Shown: piece by piece, positions 35,860 through 49,668 of the stretch
How the letters are laid out: the number at the start of each line of letters is the position of its first letter
Numbering within the stretch: position 1 is the first letter of the stretch
Program-made: the position numbers and the translations under genes
Notes under the pieces: model-generated
Database searches by the model: none
The model's input: only the letters and a program-made list of their open reading frames with translations
What the model was told of the DNA's origin: nothing
NCBI RefSeq assembly: GCF_009914755.1
Contig: NC_060937.1
Length of the DNA: 64,000 nt
Direction: 5' to 3' (one strand)
Source: the human T2T-CHM13v2.0 reference genome, Homo sapiens

Positions 35860-35962
35860 ATATATATGGTGTATATATGTATATAGTATTTTAGTGTGTA
35901 TATATATATGTATATATATATACACACTAAAATAGTATATACTGAAATGGCATATATATATA
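35860..35962. repeat. (TA)n-rich low-complexity tract
   Basis: Repeated TATATA runs next to an antisense Alu tail. Confidence 0.75.
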
Positions 35963-37062
35963 TTAGAGACAGGGTCTTGCTCTGTTGCCTAGGCTGGAGT
36001 GTAGCAGCAGGATCATAGCTCATTGCACCATGAAACTCCTGGCTTTAAACATTCCTCCCACCCTGGCCTCTCGAAGTGTTGGAATTGGTGTGAGCCATGG
36101 TGCCCAACATTTTTTTTTTAGAGACAGGATCTGATATGGTTAGCCTTTGTGTCCTCACCGAAAATCTCATCTTGAATTGTATTCCTCATAATCCCCACGT
36201 GTCAAGGGAAGAGTCAGGTGGAGGTAATTGAATCCTGGGGGCAGTTTCCCCCATGCTGTTCTCATGATAGTGAGTGAATTCTCACGAGATCTGATGGTTT
36301 TATAAGGGGCTCTCCCCTGCTTCGCTCGTCTCTTCTTCCTGCTGCCTTGAGAAGGTGCCTGACTTCCTCTTTGCCTTCCACCATGATTGTAAGTTTCCTG
36401 TTGGGAACAGGCCCCCCGACATCTGGCCATAAACTGGCCCTAAAACTGGCCATAAACAAAATCTCTGCAGCACTGTGACATGTTCATGATGGTCATAACG
36501 TCCACGCTGGAAGGTTGTGGGTTTACTGGAATGAGGGCAAGGAACACCTGGCCCACCCAGGGTGGAAAACCGCTTAAAGCCATTCTTAAACCACAAACAA
36601 TACCATGAGCGATCTGTGCCTTAAGGACATGCTCCTGCTGCAGATAACTAGCCCAACCGATCCCATTATTTCGGCCCATCCCTTCGTTTCCCATAAGGGA
36701 TACTTTTAGTTAATCTAATATCTATAGAAACAATGCTAATGACTGGCTTACTCTTAATAAATAACGTGGGTAAATCTCTGTTCGGGGGTCTCAGCTCTGA
36801 AGGCTGTGAGACCCCTGATTTCCCACTTCACACCTCTATATTTCTGTGTGTGTGTCCTTAATTCCTCTAGCGCCGCTGGGCTAGGGTCTCCCTGACTGAG
36901 CTGGTCTTGGCAAGTGGCATCCATCTTGGGGCCACAAATACAGGTTGAAGGGTTGCCAGAGCGATGGTTGGAGAACGTGGAACTAGCTGGAGGACACCCG
37001 AGTACTCTTAAAGCAATCCCCGGGGTGAGTAAGAAGGGGAGCTCAGAAGCATCAGGGTAACA

Positions 37063-37853
37063 ATGGGACAAGTGTGGGCTGTGGTTCATTCCACCTTTTG
37101 GAACTTTTTCACACTGATGGGGAGGAGGAAGGAGAGTATAACAAAGTAACAGAAGAGGTTACAGAGCAGGTTTATTTGCCAGCTAAAGCTAAAGCAGCAA
37201 AGGAGGGAGAGGTTCATCCCTACCCTTCTGCACTCCCTCCTTATTATTTTGAAGAAAAAGACCCTCCAGATCTTTCTTTTCCAGAGGACACTGGGCAAAA
37301 AGTAGTTGCCCCAGTGACTGTTCAAGCAGCGCCTCAAGTGACTGCTCTTAGTTCTATTCAGGCAGAAATTCAGCAAGCTAGATGAGAGGGTGATATAGAG
37401 GCTTGGCAGTTACCTGTTAGAATACACCCCCCAGATCAACAGGGAAATATTATAGCTACAGTTGAGCCTTTTCCTTTTAAATTCGGGAAAGCACATTTAG
37501 TTGATTATATCAAGGCCTGTGATAGTATCAGAGGTAATCTGCATAAAGCTACTTTTTTGGCATAGGCAGTGGCAGGACTGAGAGTGGATAAAGGAAATAC
37601 TCCATTTCCTGGAGCTTGTTTTAATTGTGGGAAGCATGGTCATACTAAAAAAGAATGTAGAAAAAATCAGCGAGTCAGGCCGCCAGATAGGGGAAAAAAG
37701 AAAACTGCTGAGCCTGAAATATGTCCAAAATGTAAAAAAGGAAAACATTGGGCTAATCAGTGTTACTCTAAGTTTGATAAAAATGGGAACCCAATTTCAG
37801 GAAACGCCATGAGGGGCCCATCCTGGGCCCGTTCTAAACCGGGGCATTTCTAG
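37063..37853 (+). pseudogene. HML-3 gag remnant (partial, two NC zinc knuckles)
   Basis: ATGGGACAA at 37063; CFNCGKHGHTKKEC and CPKCKKGKHWANQC CCHC knuckles in track ORF 37569..37853; stops and frameshifts; too short to contain an intact capsid. Confidence 0.85.
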
Positions 37854-37854
37854 C

Positions 37855-38720
37855 TCAGGCCATTCCCTTACCCCTATACAATGTCTGTCCCCCGCCACAG
37901 CCGGTAGTGCCACAGTAGATTTATGCTGCACAAAAGCTGTGAGCCTTCTGCCTGGGGAAACCCCGCAAAAGGTCCCAACAGGAGTCTGTGGACCCTTGCC
38001 AGCAGGGACGATAGGATTACTTTTAGGAATGTCTAGTTTAAATTTAAAAGGGGTCCAAATACATACAGGAGTCACTGATTCAGATTACAATGGGGAAATT
38101 CAAATTGTTACATCTACTTCTGTTCTCTGGAAAGCAGAGCCAGGAGAGCATATAGCACAGCTCCTGATTGTGTCGTATGTGGGAATAGGAAAAAGTGAAA
38201 TTAAACGAACAGGAGGATTTGGAAGCACAAATAAACAAGGCAAAACAGCTTATTGGGTGAATCAAATTACTGATAAACATCCTACCTGTGAAGTAACTAT
38301 TCAGGGAAAGAAATTTAAAGGTTTGGTAGATACAGGAGTGGACATTTCAATCGTTTCTCTACAGCACTGGCCGTCCGCGTGGCCAATTCCACCCACTCAA
38401 TTTAACAGAGTTGGAGTTGGTAAAGCCCCTGAAGTATATCAAAGTAGTTATATTTTGCATTGTGAAGGGCCTGATGGACAACCTGAGACTATTCAACCAA
38501 TTATAACTTCTGTACCTATAAATTTATAAGGGAGAAATTTATTACAACAATGGGGAGCACAAGTTCTAATTCCAGAACAATTATATAGCCCTCAAAGTCA
38601 ACATACAATGCATGAAATGGAGTATGTCCCTGGTATGGGACTAGAAAAAAATTTGCAAAGTTTGAAAAAACTGCTTCAAGCGGAAAGACAAAGTTCCTGC
38701 CAAAGATTAGGATATCATTT
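37855..38720 (+). pseudogene. HML-3 pro remnant: dUTPase, aspartic protease and G-patch-like tail
   Basis: dUTPase motifs (GVTDSDYNGEI, RTGGFGST); protease LVDTGVD; [15 protein letters not shown]-patch-like segment after an in-frame stop at 38529. Confidence 0.85.
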
Positions 38721-39740
38721 TTGATGGTGGCCATTGTTAAGCCTCCAGAACCTATACCTTTAAAATGGTTAACAGATAAGCCAATTTGGATAGGACAGTG
38801 GCCGCTAAGTAAAGAGAAACTGGAGGCTTTAGAGAAATTAGTTACTGAACAATTAGAAAATGAGCACGTAACTCCAACATTTTCCCCTTGGAATTCTCCA
38901 GTTTTCGTAATTAAGAAAAAATGAGGTAAATGGAGACTGTTAACTGACTTAAGAGCCATCAATTCAGTTATATAACCTATGGGAGCATTACAGCCAGGAT
39001 TGCCTTCTCCTGCTATAATTCCAAAAAATTGGCCTTTAATAGTCATAGATTTAAAAGACTGTTTCTTTACTATCCCTTTAGCTAAGCAAGACTGTCAATG
39101 GTTTGCATTTACAATTTCTGCAGTAAACAAACTGCAGCCTGCTAAGTATTTTCATTGTTTTACAGATGGGTCTAGTAATGGTAAAGCTTCTTATTCTGGC
39201 TTGAAAAGTAAAGTTTTTCAGACGCCCAATACTTTAGCTCAAAAAGAGCTTGTAGCTGTAATTGAGGTATTGACTGCTTTTGATATGCCTATTAATGGGA
39301 TTTCTGATTCTTCATATGTGGTTCATTCCACACAGTTAATTAAAAATGCTCAGTTACTATTTCATACAGATAAACAACTGATGACAAAAACAAAAAAGGG
39401 GGAGAAATAGGCATTACGGGACAGCCCATACACAACTGAATCTAGCATTATTAACTTTAAATTTTTTGAGCCTGCCCAAAGGCCAGATGTTATCAGCAGC
39501 TGAACAGCATCTACAGAAACCAGCTGCAAAGACAGAAGCAGAACAACTGGTTTGGTGGAGAGATCCAATAACAAAAAGTTGGGAAATAGGTAAAATAATA
39601 ACTTGGGGTAGAGGTTATGCTTGTGTTTCTCCAGGCCAAAATCAACAGCTGATTTGGATACCATCAAGACACCTGAAACCTTATCATGAGCCAGATTCCG
39701 GGAGGATCCCGAGGACCCCTCAGTTGCAGCCATGTTGAGA
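38721..39740 (+). pseudogene. HML-3 pol remnant: N-terminal RT joined to RNase H, then integrase C-terminus
   Basis: [25 protein letters not shown] and [12 protein letters not shown] (RT), then directly FTDGSS and ISDSSY (RNase H), then WWRDP...WGRGYACV (IN C-terminus). Confidence 0.85.
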
Positions 39741-39759
39741 CTGATGGCTGAGGAGGACC

Positions 39760-40775
39760 CCAACTGTCACAAGCAACACCCGTCTAACACAGCCACCCAC
39801 CTGGGGACAGATCAAGAAGCTGTCACAGATGGCGGAAGAAAACCTGAGGAAAGCGGGACAGCCAGTCACAATGGGTAATTTAATGGTAGCTATGATAGCG
39901 GTGATCACCATTGCCGTAAGTATTCCTTCAACAAGAGCTGACACAGAGAACAATTATTCTTATTGGGCATATTTATCAATCTTGGCTGGCAATAATGCCT
40001 GGATGTAATCACTCTATCACACAGTTACACATGCTTTCTGATCTCAGTATTTACCATAATAAATCTGCTCCTATAATTGAGGCATACCGCCCTCAAAAAC
40101 CTATTTGTACACAGGATTGGACCCAGTTAGACAAAATGAACATACTTGTTTAGGAAGATTGCATTGCAGAACAGGCAGAGGTGCTGCACAACGATTCCTA
40201 TGGAATCATTATTAATTGGTCCCCTAAGGGGATGTTTAGCTTGAATTGCACCTCTCAGTCTGTGTGCCACTGCTACACTATGTTTAGATGATCTGAACAA
40301 AACGGTCAGATGGTAGAAATGATAAAAAGTACGGCAAGAGTTCCTCTTATCTGAAACCATGGCGGTATAGTGGCACCTCAACCTCAGATGATATGGCCCG
40401 TTGTAGGAGCTAAACATAAGATAAGGATTTGTGGCTTAATAAGATCAAAAATTTGGGAAAGAATAAAAAAGCATCTAGAAAGACACTCTACAAATTTGTC
40501 TTTAGATATTGCAAAATTAAAAGAACAAATATTTAAAGCATCCCAGGCACACCTGACCTTAATGCCAGGAACTGGAGTGCTTGAAGGAGCTGCAGACAGA
40601 TTAGCAGCTAGTAACCCATTAAAATGGATAAAAACACTTGGAAGCTCTGTGATTTCAATGATGATTGTGCTTTTAATTTGTGTTGTTTGTATAGTCTGCA
40701 GATGCGGATCCTGACTCCCGCGAGAAGTAGCTCACCATGACAAAGCTGCCTTGGCTTTTATTGCTTTGCAAATCA
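39760..40775 (+). pseudogene. HML-3 env remnants
   Basis: PPTWGQIKKLSQMAEENL leader-like segment; TM-like NLSLDIAKLKEQIFKASQAHL...MMIVLLICVVCIV; deleted and interrupted by stops. Confidence 0.7.
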
Positions 40776-41676
40776 AAGAAGGGGAACATGTTGGGAACAG
40801 CACCCCCCCCCCCAAAATCTGGCCATAAACTGGCCCCAAAACTGGCCATAAACAAAATCTCTGCAGCATTGTGACATGTTCATGATGGCCATGACACCCA
40901 CGCTGGAAGGTTGTGGGTTTACTGGAATGAGGGCAAGGAACACCTGGCCCACCCAGAGCGGAAAACCGCTTAAAGGCATTCTTAAACCACAAACAATAGC
41001 ATGAGCGATCTGTGCCTTAAGGACATGCTCCTGCTGCAGATAACTAGCCAAACCCATCCCTTTATTTCGGCCCATCCCTTCATTTCCCATAAGGGATACT
41101 TTTAGTTAATCTAATATCTATAGAAACAATGCTAATGTCTGGCTTGCTGTTAATAAATACGTGGGTAAATCTCTGTTCGGGGCTCTCAGCTCTGAAGGCT
41201 GTGAGACCCCTGATTTCCCACTTCACACCTCTATATTTCTGTGTGTGTGTCTTTAATTCCTCTAGCGCCACTGGGTTAGGGTTTCGCCAGCCAAGCTGGT
41301 CTTGCCATTTCCTGAGGCCTCCCCAGCCAAGCTGAACTGTGAGTCAGTTAAACCTCTTTCTTTTATAAATTACCCAGTCTCTGGCAGTTCTTCATAGCAG
41401 TATGAAAACGGACTAATACAGGATCTCACTCTGTGTCACCCAGGCTGGAGTGCAGTGGTGCTCAGGCAAGCCACAGTCCTTTTGCCTCAGCCTCCCAAAT
41501 AGCTGGGACTACAGGTGCGTGCCACCATGCCCAGCTAGTTTTTTTTTTTTTTTTTTATCTTTGTAGAGATGGTTTCTCACTATATTGCCCAGGCTGGTCT
41601 TGAACCCTTGGCCTCAACATCTCAGGTGATCCTCCACCTCAGCCTCCCAAAGCACTCACTGGAATTACAGGTATGA

Positions 41677-42031
<355 letters not shown>

Positions 42032-43319
42032 TGAAAACTTTCATCATGAATATGTGTCCTTAAATTTTATTTAAAAACACATAAAAGCAGAGAATAGTAT
42101 AATAAACCTGTTAAGATTTAAAATATTTTAAATGTTGCCATGTTTTTCATCTCAAATCGTTACAAATCTACAACAATCTTCTCCTCCCTCTTTTTCCTTT
42201 AACTGGAAGAAACAGTCAGTTGTCCAATAGGATATCCCACATTGTGGATTTGTCTGATTGTTTCCTTTTCCTCTTTCCCCTTTATTCTTTCCTATAACTG
42301 GAAATTCCACTTAAAGGCCTGAGTATATTAAGGATCAACATTTTTGTTAACAGAAAGCATACAGTCTGGTTGTTCCACTTGTAGTAATGCTAACATTGAT
42401 CAGTGGGCTTTCAAATGTGAAGCCAGATTTCCCCTACAACCAACAAATGATCTGTGGATCTATAGTGCCTTGTGAATATCCAGTTCCTCATCATCACCGT
42501 TTCATATAATGCTTTGTTCCTTAGATCTTTTGCACACATTATTGTGATTTTTCTAACTTTTCTTCTATATTTATCATCTGGAATTCTGTAAAAATGAGCT
42601 TTCTCCCATCAACTAATTATATGGGTAATATTTTTACAGTTTTTAAAATACATAATTGTTAGTATTGGTGTGTGTCTTCCTGGGACTCCTTCCTGTGGGT
42701 CCTAGGAAGGCATACTACACTCTACTGATCTTTGTATTCCTGTTACTAATGCCTACTATAGTGATGGTACATAGGATGTATTTAATAAGCTCAACGGTAT
42801 ATCATTTACTATCTGATTACAGTTGAGTGAAAAAAAAAAAATCATTGAGCCAACTCAAAGATCTGGTGATCCTTTCCAAAAGGATTTGCCGGACCATAGA
42901 TTGTTCTTCAGTTAAAGCTCAGAGATTTGACGATGAGGCTCATCTTACAAATTAAGTCCACTGTTCAAAGAAACAAAAATAGAAAGCTTGATGCCATAAA
43001 GACTTCAGTTGCACATCCGAAATTCAAAGTGAGAAAAATATATTATCCTTAAATGTATTTTCCTAGCAGTATTTCGCTAACTTTGGGTGGTGTAATTTTT
43101 GTCAACTCTTCACAACCTGAACAAATACTTTTAATCACGTCCTTCTCCGATATTTTCAATGATAAGGCAAAGGGCGCTAGAACTTGGAAAACGGATGCTT
43201 TTTAGGCCGCTAAATTTCCTTGTCTTTAAACAACACTCATTAAAATATAAGAGCACTGTGAGTTATGTTTGATTGGATCATCCACACGTGCTAAACCTAT
43301 CAAAATCATATATGACTTC

Positions 43320-44300
43320 TGGGAAGCCGTTCTGCTTGGCTGGGGTTTCGGCAGCAGCAGGGTTCCCTTTCCTAGAAAGTCCCCAGCTCTGGCCCTACCG
43401 ACGTCCGCACCTGAGGCTTCCCTGCTGGGGGATCAGGCACTGTCAGCTCCTCGGGGCCGCCCTCAGCCCTGGGACGCCCTCCGCCCCAACGACCCTCCTC
43501 CTCCCCAGCGTCGCGCCACTCGGCGGCCTCGCCGGCTCCCCTCCCACCCTTGACCTTTTCCGCCACAGCTACAGAACGCCCAAGCGCTCTTCCGCCTAGG
43601 GTGCCCTCCCTGCCCCGCCCACCTGCGTCCCGCGGGCTCAGCGGTGTTACGCCGCGCCCGCCTTAATATGATTGGTTTTTGTTCCTGTCACTCTAGGATC
43701 CAAGCCCGCCATTGGTCGGCTTCCGTTACGCCGCTGATGTGGAGTAGGGCCGAGCGCGGAACGCGAGGGGCTGCTGGGGTGTTTGTCGCAGCGGGTTTTC
43801 CTCGGCGGTTTGCGGAGCTGCTAGGATGGAGCAGGTTGCGGAGGGAGCAAGGGTGACCGCAGTCCCTGTGTCAGCTGCCGACAGCACTGAGGAGTTGGCC
43901 GAAGTCGAAGAAGGAGTTGGAGTAGTGGGCGAAGATAATGACGCAGCCGCGAGAGGAGCGGAGGCCTTTGGCGACAGTGAGGAGGACGGAGAGGATGTGT
44001 TCGAGGTGGAGAAGATCCTGGACATGAAGACCGAGGGGGTATGTGGAGGGGCCCCGGCGCGGGGCTGGGCGGGGAGCTCCGGGCCTGGCGGGGAGGACGC
44101 GAGCTGGAAACAGCACGGGCAGACCCAAAACAGGAGCGGGGGAGGAATGTGAGAGTTCAATGCAAGCATGCGAAATCGTGGGAAAAGCGAAGTGACATTT
44201 CCAACTGCACTCTTAGGGCTGAGTGTGTGAGGGAAGCTTCAGCAAATTTTGGAGGATTGTTTTGGCCGAAGAGACGAAGCAGTTTGGGATGTGGTGTGTG
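43320..44300 (+). promoter_or_regulatory. MPHOSPH8: MPHOSPH8 CpG-island promoter
   Basis: GC- and CpG-rich block around exon 1; GC box CCCCGCCC ~43613; two inverted CCAAT boxes (ATTGG at 43671 and 43711); YY1-like CGCCATT ~43707; ETS-like CTTCCG ~43720. Confidence 0.85.
43826..44038 (+). CDS. MPHOSPH8: MPHOSPH8 (MPP8) coding exon 1, 71 codons: acidic N-terminus and start of the chromodomain
   Basis: ATG at 43826 translates MEQVAEGARVTAVPVSAADSTEELAEVEEG...DVFEVEKILDMKTEG, recognised as the human MPP8 N-terminus; donor GGG|GTATGT after 44038; 213 nt, phase 0. Confidence 0.97.
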
Positions 44301-45250
44301 GTGATCACAAGGCTGCAGGCAGCTGGTGAAGGGAGCTGCTGCGCTTTGGCGTGATATGATAGTGAAGTAATGCTTCTCGTCGTAGTCCACTGTCCACGCC
44401 ATCGTTACAGTGTTTTCCAAAACCGTAACCAACTCCCTGGTTTAAAATCTTCCGGAATTTTCATTTGCCCTTGGAGTAAAATCTCAATCTTACCCAGAGG
44501 GTGGCATTTAAAGGCCTTCATAACCTGATCAGCATCATCCCTCTCTCCCCTATGCGTTGTATAGCTCGCAGCCACACAGAAATACTTGGAATTCATCACA
44601 CCATGCCTTGGTGTTTCCTGTTCTCCTGGCCTGGACAGTTCTCTGCCCTCTTCTTCTGGTGAAATCTTACTCAAATGCTTCCAAGGCCTCGGGGTGTAGC
44701 TCTCTGGGAAAGCTTTTTTTGACCCTAACCTCTGCAGAGTGAGGAGCTTCTCATCTCTGCTCTTTTTACTTTTTGTATTGACCTCTATGAAGGCATTTAA
44801 GCCATTATCGTTCTTTGTTTGTCTCTCCTGCTATATGTGGTCTCCTTTAATCCAAGGGGAAGCATGGACAATAAGAAAACAATCTGTTTCAGTAGATGGA
44901 TGTGAGGTAAACAAAGGTCCCACAGTGGTCATTCTGTATGTTGTGTTTTCATTGTCTGTTATTTCCCATTGGTCATATGCTGCCTTGTGTCAATTTTTTG
45001 CGCATTCATTCAGCATTTTTTATCAACTACTGTATGCCAGGTGCTGTGTTAGGTCCGGACAATATAGAGATTTTAATTGAAGCATACACAGTTGCTAATA
45101 GTGGAAACTTTTCCTATGAGGAGTTAAGTAATTAAGAGCTGATGTCATTAATATTGTTATTTGCAATAAAGATGGAAATGTTTTTATGTATAATTTCTCC
45201 AAATATATTGTAAGCACTTTGAGGTGAAAGGATGAGCCACTGTTAGACTA

Positions 45251-45732
<482 letters not shown>

Positions 45733-45856
45733 CTAAAGAGGGTGAAACTAAGAAACTTATTTGTGTAAGGCAATTAGGCTTTAGTGTTGTGAGTTAAAAT
45801 TCAAGTTCTTGCATTTTTAGGTGCTCTTGTGAAGGAGTGGTTTATATGATTAAAGA

Positions 45857-46224
45857 TGATATGGTTTGGCTGTGTCCCCACCCAGAATCTCATCTTGAAT
45901 TGTATTCCCCATAATTCCCACGTGTCAAGGGCGCGACCAGGTGGAGGTAGGATCGTGGGAGTGGTTTCGCCCATGCTGTTCTCACGATAGTGAGTGAGTC
46001 TCAATCTGGTGGTTTTATAAGCGTCTGGCATTTCCCCTGCTTGCACTCACTCGATCCTGCCACCCTGTGAAGAAGGTGCCTGCTTCTCCTTTGCCTTCCG
46101 CCATGATTATAAGTTTCCTGAGGCCTCCCCAGCCATGCTGAACTGAGTCAATTAAGCCTCTTTCCTTTATAAATTACCCAGTCTCAGGTATTTCTTCATA
46201 GCAGTTTGAGAACGGACTAATACA
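45857..46224 (+). mobile_element. THE1C/D-like MaLR solo LTR in MPHOSPH8 intron 1
   Basis: TGATATGGTTTGGCTGTGTCCCCACCCA...GGACTAATACA; near-TSD AAAGA/AAAGG. Confidence 0.85.
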
Positions 46225-47990
46225 AAAGGTGTTAGCGGAACAGGACTATTGCAGTTTTCTGTTTTCACTGCTGAGTGAACCAGCCGGTTGGTTAGCCACC
46301 TAGCCATTGACAAACTTAAGGGTACTGCTAGCGGTTTGTTAGGCCTCCTTATAGTCTAGTCTATAGTCTATAATCAGAAACACTTACAATTGATTCACTT
46401 TTTACTAATTAATAATATTTCTTGATTCTAACTATATGTATGAATAATTAACATAAGAACTGTGGAAATACATACATACACCACCATTCCAAATCATTAT
46501 TTATAATTTATTTGGGGTAATAGAGTAAGCAGAGAATTAAATTCTAATAGTGTATATTAATTTCCTTTTTTTTTTTTGAGACAGATTCTCTGTTGCCCAG
46601 GCTGGAGTGCATTGGCATAATCATGGCTCTCTGCAGCCTTGACCTCCCAGGCTCAAACAATCCTGCCACCTCAGCCTCTCGGAGTAGATGGGACTATAGG
46701 TGTGCTCTACCATGACTAATATTTTAATTTTTTATAGAGATGGGGTCTCCCTACGTTGCCCATGCTGGCCTTGAACTCCTGGGCTCAAGTGATTCTCCAC
46801 CCTTGGCCTCCCAAAGTGCTGGGATTTACAGGTGTGAGCCACTGTGCCAGGCCAATTTTTTAATTTTTTTAACAAAATTTTAAACTGTTGCTCTAGTGTA
46901 TATGATCTGGTAGAATAGGGGTCTGCCTTTTAGTTTGGCTCACTGATTAAAGGAAACTTTGGCTACCAAGAAATAGACTGCTTCTGGAATTTTGAAGTCA
47001 AATTTATAAATCCTAGGGCTATCATGCAATTTCCTTATACATGGCAAAACCCTGGACAATTTTTTGGATTTACATGACTCCATACAAAGACGTGGAATTC
47101 AGGGATTTCATCTGTATTTGTATACTGCCATGCTCCTAAAACTCAGAAGGTTCCTGAAACATAGTGACCACGTTCAATAACTATTTGTTGAATGAGTGAA
47201 TGAATGAAGCACACCTGTTGAAGTAAAGGGTAACAATTATCAGTAAATTAAATCTGGAGCTATAATTAAGATATGTTCCTTAATACTTGAAAATTGTTCT
47301 TAATACCCTCCTCATCAATTAGGTCATATTTCACTGATAACTAGCATTAGATTTATAACTATGTTAATGTGAAAGGTAATTTTCTAGTCTCCACTGCTTT
47401 TTAAAAATTATCAGAAATGTAAGAATTAGATAGACTCTCATATACCTTCACCCAGATTCTCTAGTTGTTAATCATTTATTTATCTTTTTTCTGTTTATGT
47501 ACATTTTTTTCTGGCCCATTTGAAAGTGGTGTTTTTAAGGGCTATGTTGAATAACGCATTTACCACTATTTTTATGCACACACACAAACAAGGATCATTT
47601 TTGTTCCCATGACCCATTACTGATAAAATTAGCTGATAAAATCCACCCGCCTCGGCCTCCCAAAGTGCTGGGATTACAGGCATGAGCCACCGCTCCTGGC
47701 TCTGATGTTTATTCTAAAACCAAATATATTGCTTTCTTTTAGGCAGTTCTGCATACTATTGACTAAGATTTCTTTTCTTTTCCCCCATTCATGCAAGCTA
47801 AGAAGCTGTCTTCTTAGCTGTGCTGTCTCATCTTTAATTTCTTCAGTTTTAATTATGCCTTTACAGAAGACAGAAGCTCTTACAAAGTTATATACAGGCC
47901 GGGCGCGGTGGGTCACGCCTGTAATCCCAGCACTTTGAGAGGCCAAGGCAGGCGGATCACGAAGTCAAGAGATTGAGACCATCCTGGCTA

Positions 47991-48251
<261 letters not shown>

Positions 48252-48472
48252 TCAATGGATAAAATCACCATCTTCCCACCCATTTAATGTAGCTGAACAG
48301 TAAAAATAAAACTGTATTGCTGAACAATAAAACTGTATTGATGTACTCTTAACTATTATTTTAAAATTTTAAGGCTTTTCAGGCTTATCTTTAAAAGTTA
48401 AGATTTTGAGGCTGGGCACGGTGGCTCACACCTGTAATCCCAGCACTTTGGGAAGCCGAGGCAGACGGATCA

Positions 48473-48751
<279 letters not shown>

Positions 48752-48921
48752 TCAGTGCTTGTACTTGATCTTTCTACACAGATAACTGAATGATTGAAGG
48801 GCAGTGTGGGTACAATTGAAGGGTAAAATGGGTGGGGAGCAGTTCTTGGCACTTCGCTTGGAAAGTTTATTGCCTTGGTGGTGGTGTGAAGAAAATCAGG
48901 CAAGTGTTAAGTGTGTAGCTA

Positions 48922-49263
<342 letters not shown>

Positions 49264-49317
49264 CTATTTTGGCTAGTCACCCATCTGGAGGTCTGGTTGG
49301 CGCTGGTGGTAGCCTAG

Positions 49318-49668
<351 letters not shown>

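Larger units (their letters stand above)
36399..41307 (+). mobile_element. HERV-K(HML-3)/HERVK9 provirus with MER9 LTRs, internally deleted (~4.9 kb)
   Basis: 5' LTR 36399-36912 and 3' LTR 40789-41307 (both start TGTTGGGAACAG and end CA); 5-bp TSD TTTCC; degenerate tRNA-Lys PBS TGGCATCCATCTTGGGGC 36915-36932; polypurine tract ~40775-40788; gag, pro, pol and env remnants inside. Confidence 0.92.
36132..41420 (+). mobile_element. MaLR (THE1/MST-type) LTR split by the HML-3 provirus (pieces 36132-36398 and 41313-41420)
   Basis: TGATATGGTT...CCATGATTGTAAGTTTCC|provirus|TGAGGCCTCCCCAGCC...GGACTAATACA; 5-bp TSD GGATC (36127-36131 and 41421-41425) within an antisense Alu. Confidence 0.88.

Noticed and set aside
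36423-36456. CTGGCCATAAAC-type short repeats, also at ~40819-40852, superficially array-like
   Set aside because: Intrinsic to the MER9 LTR U3 region and present in both LTRs; not a CRISPR-like or novel array.
44039-44152. Track ORF 43826..44152 extending past exon 1
   Set aside because: Read-through beyond the GT donor at 44039; the chromodomain continues properly in exon 2.
48291-48340. Short tandem duplication (GCTGAACA...AATAAAACTGTATTG twice)
   Set aside because: Ordinary slippage duplication in an AT-rich intron with no sign of function.
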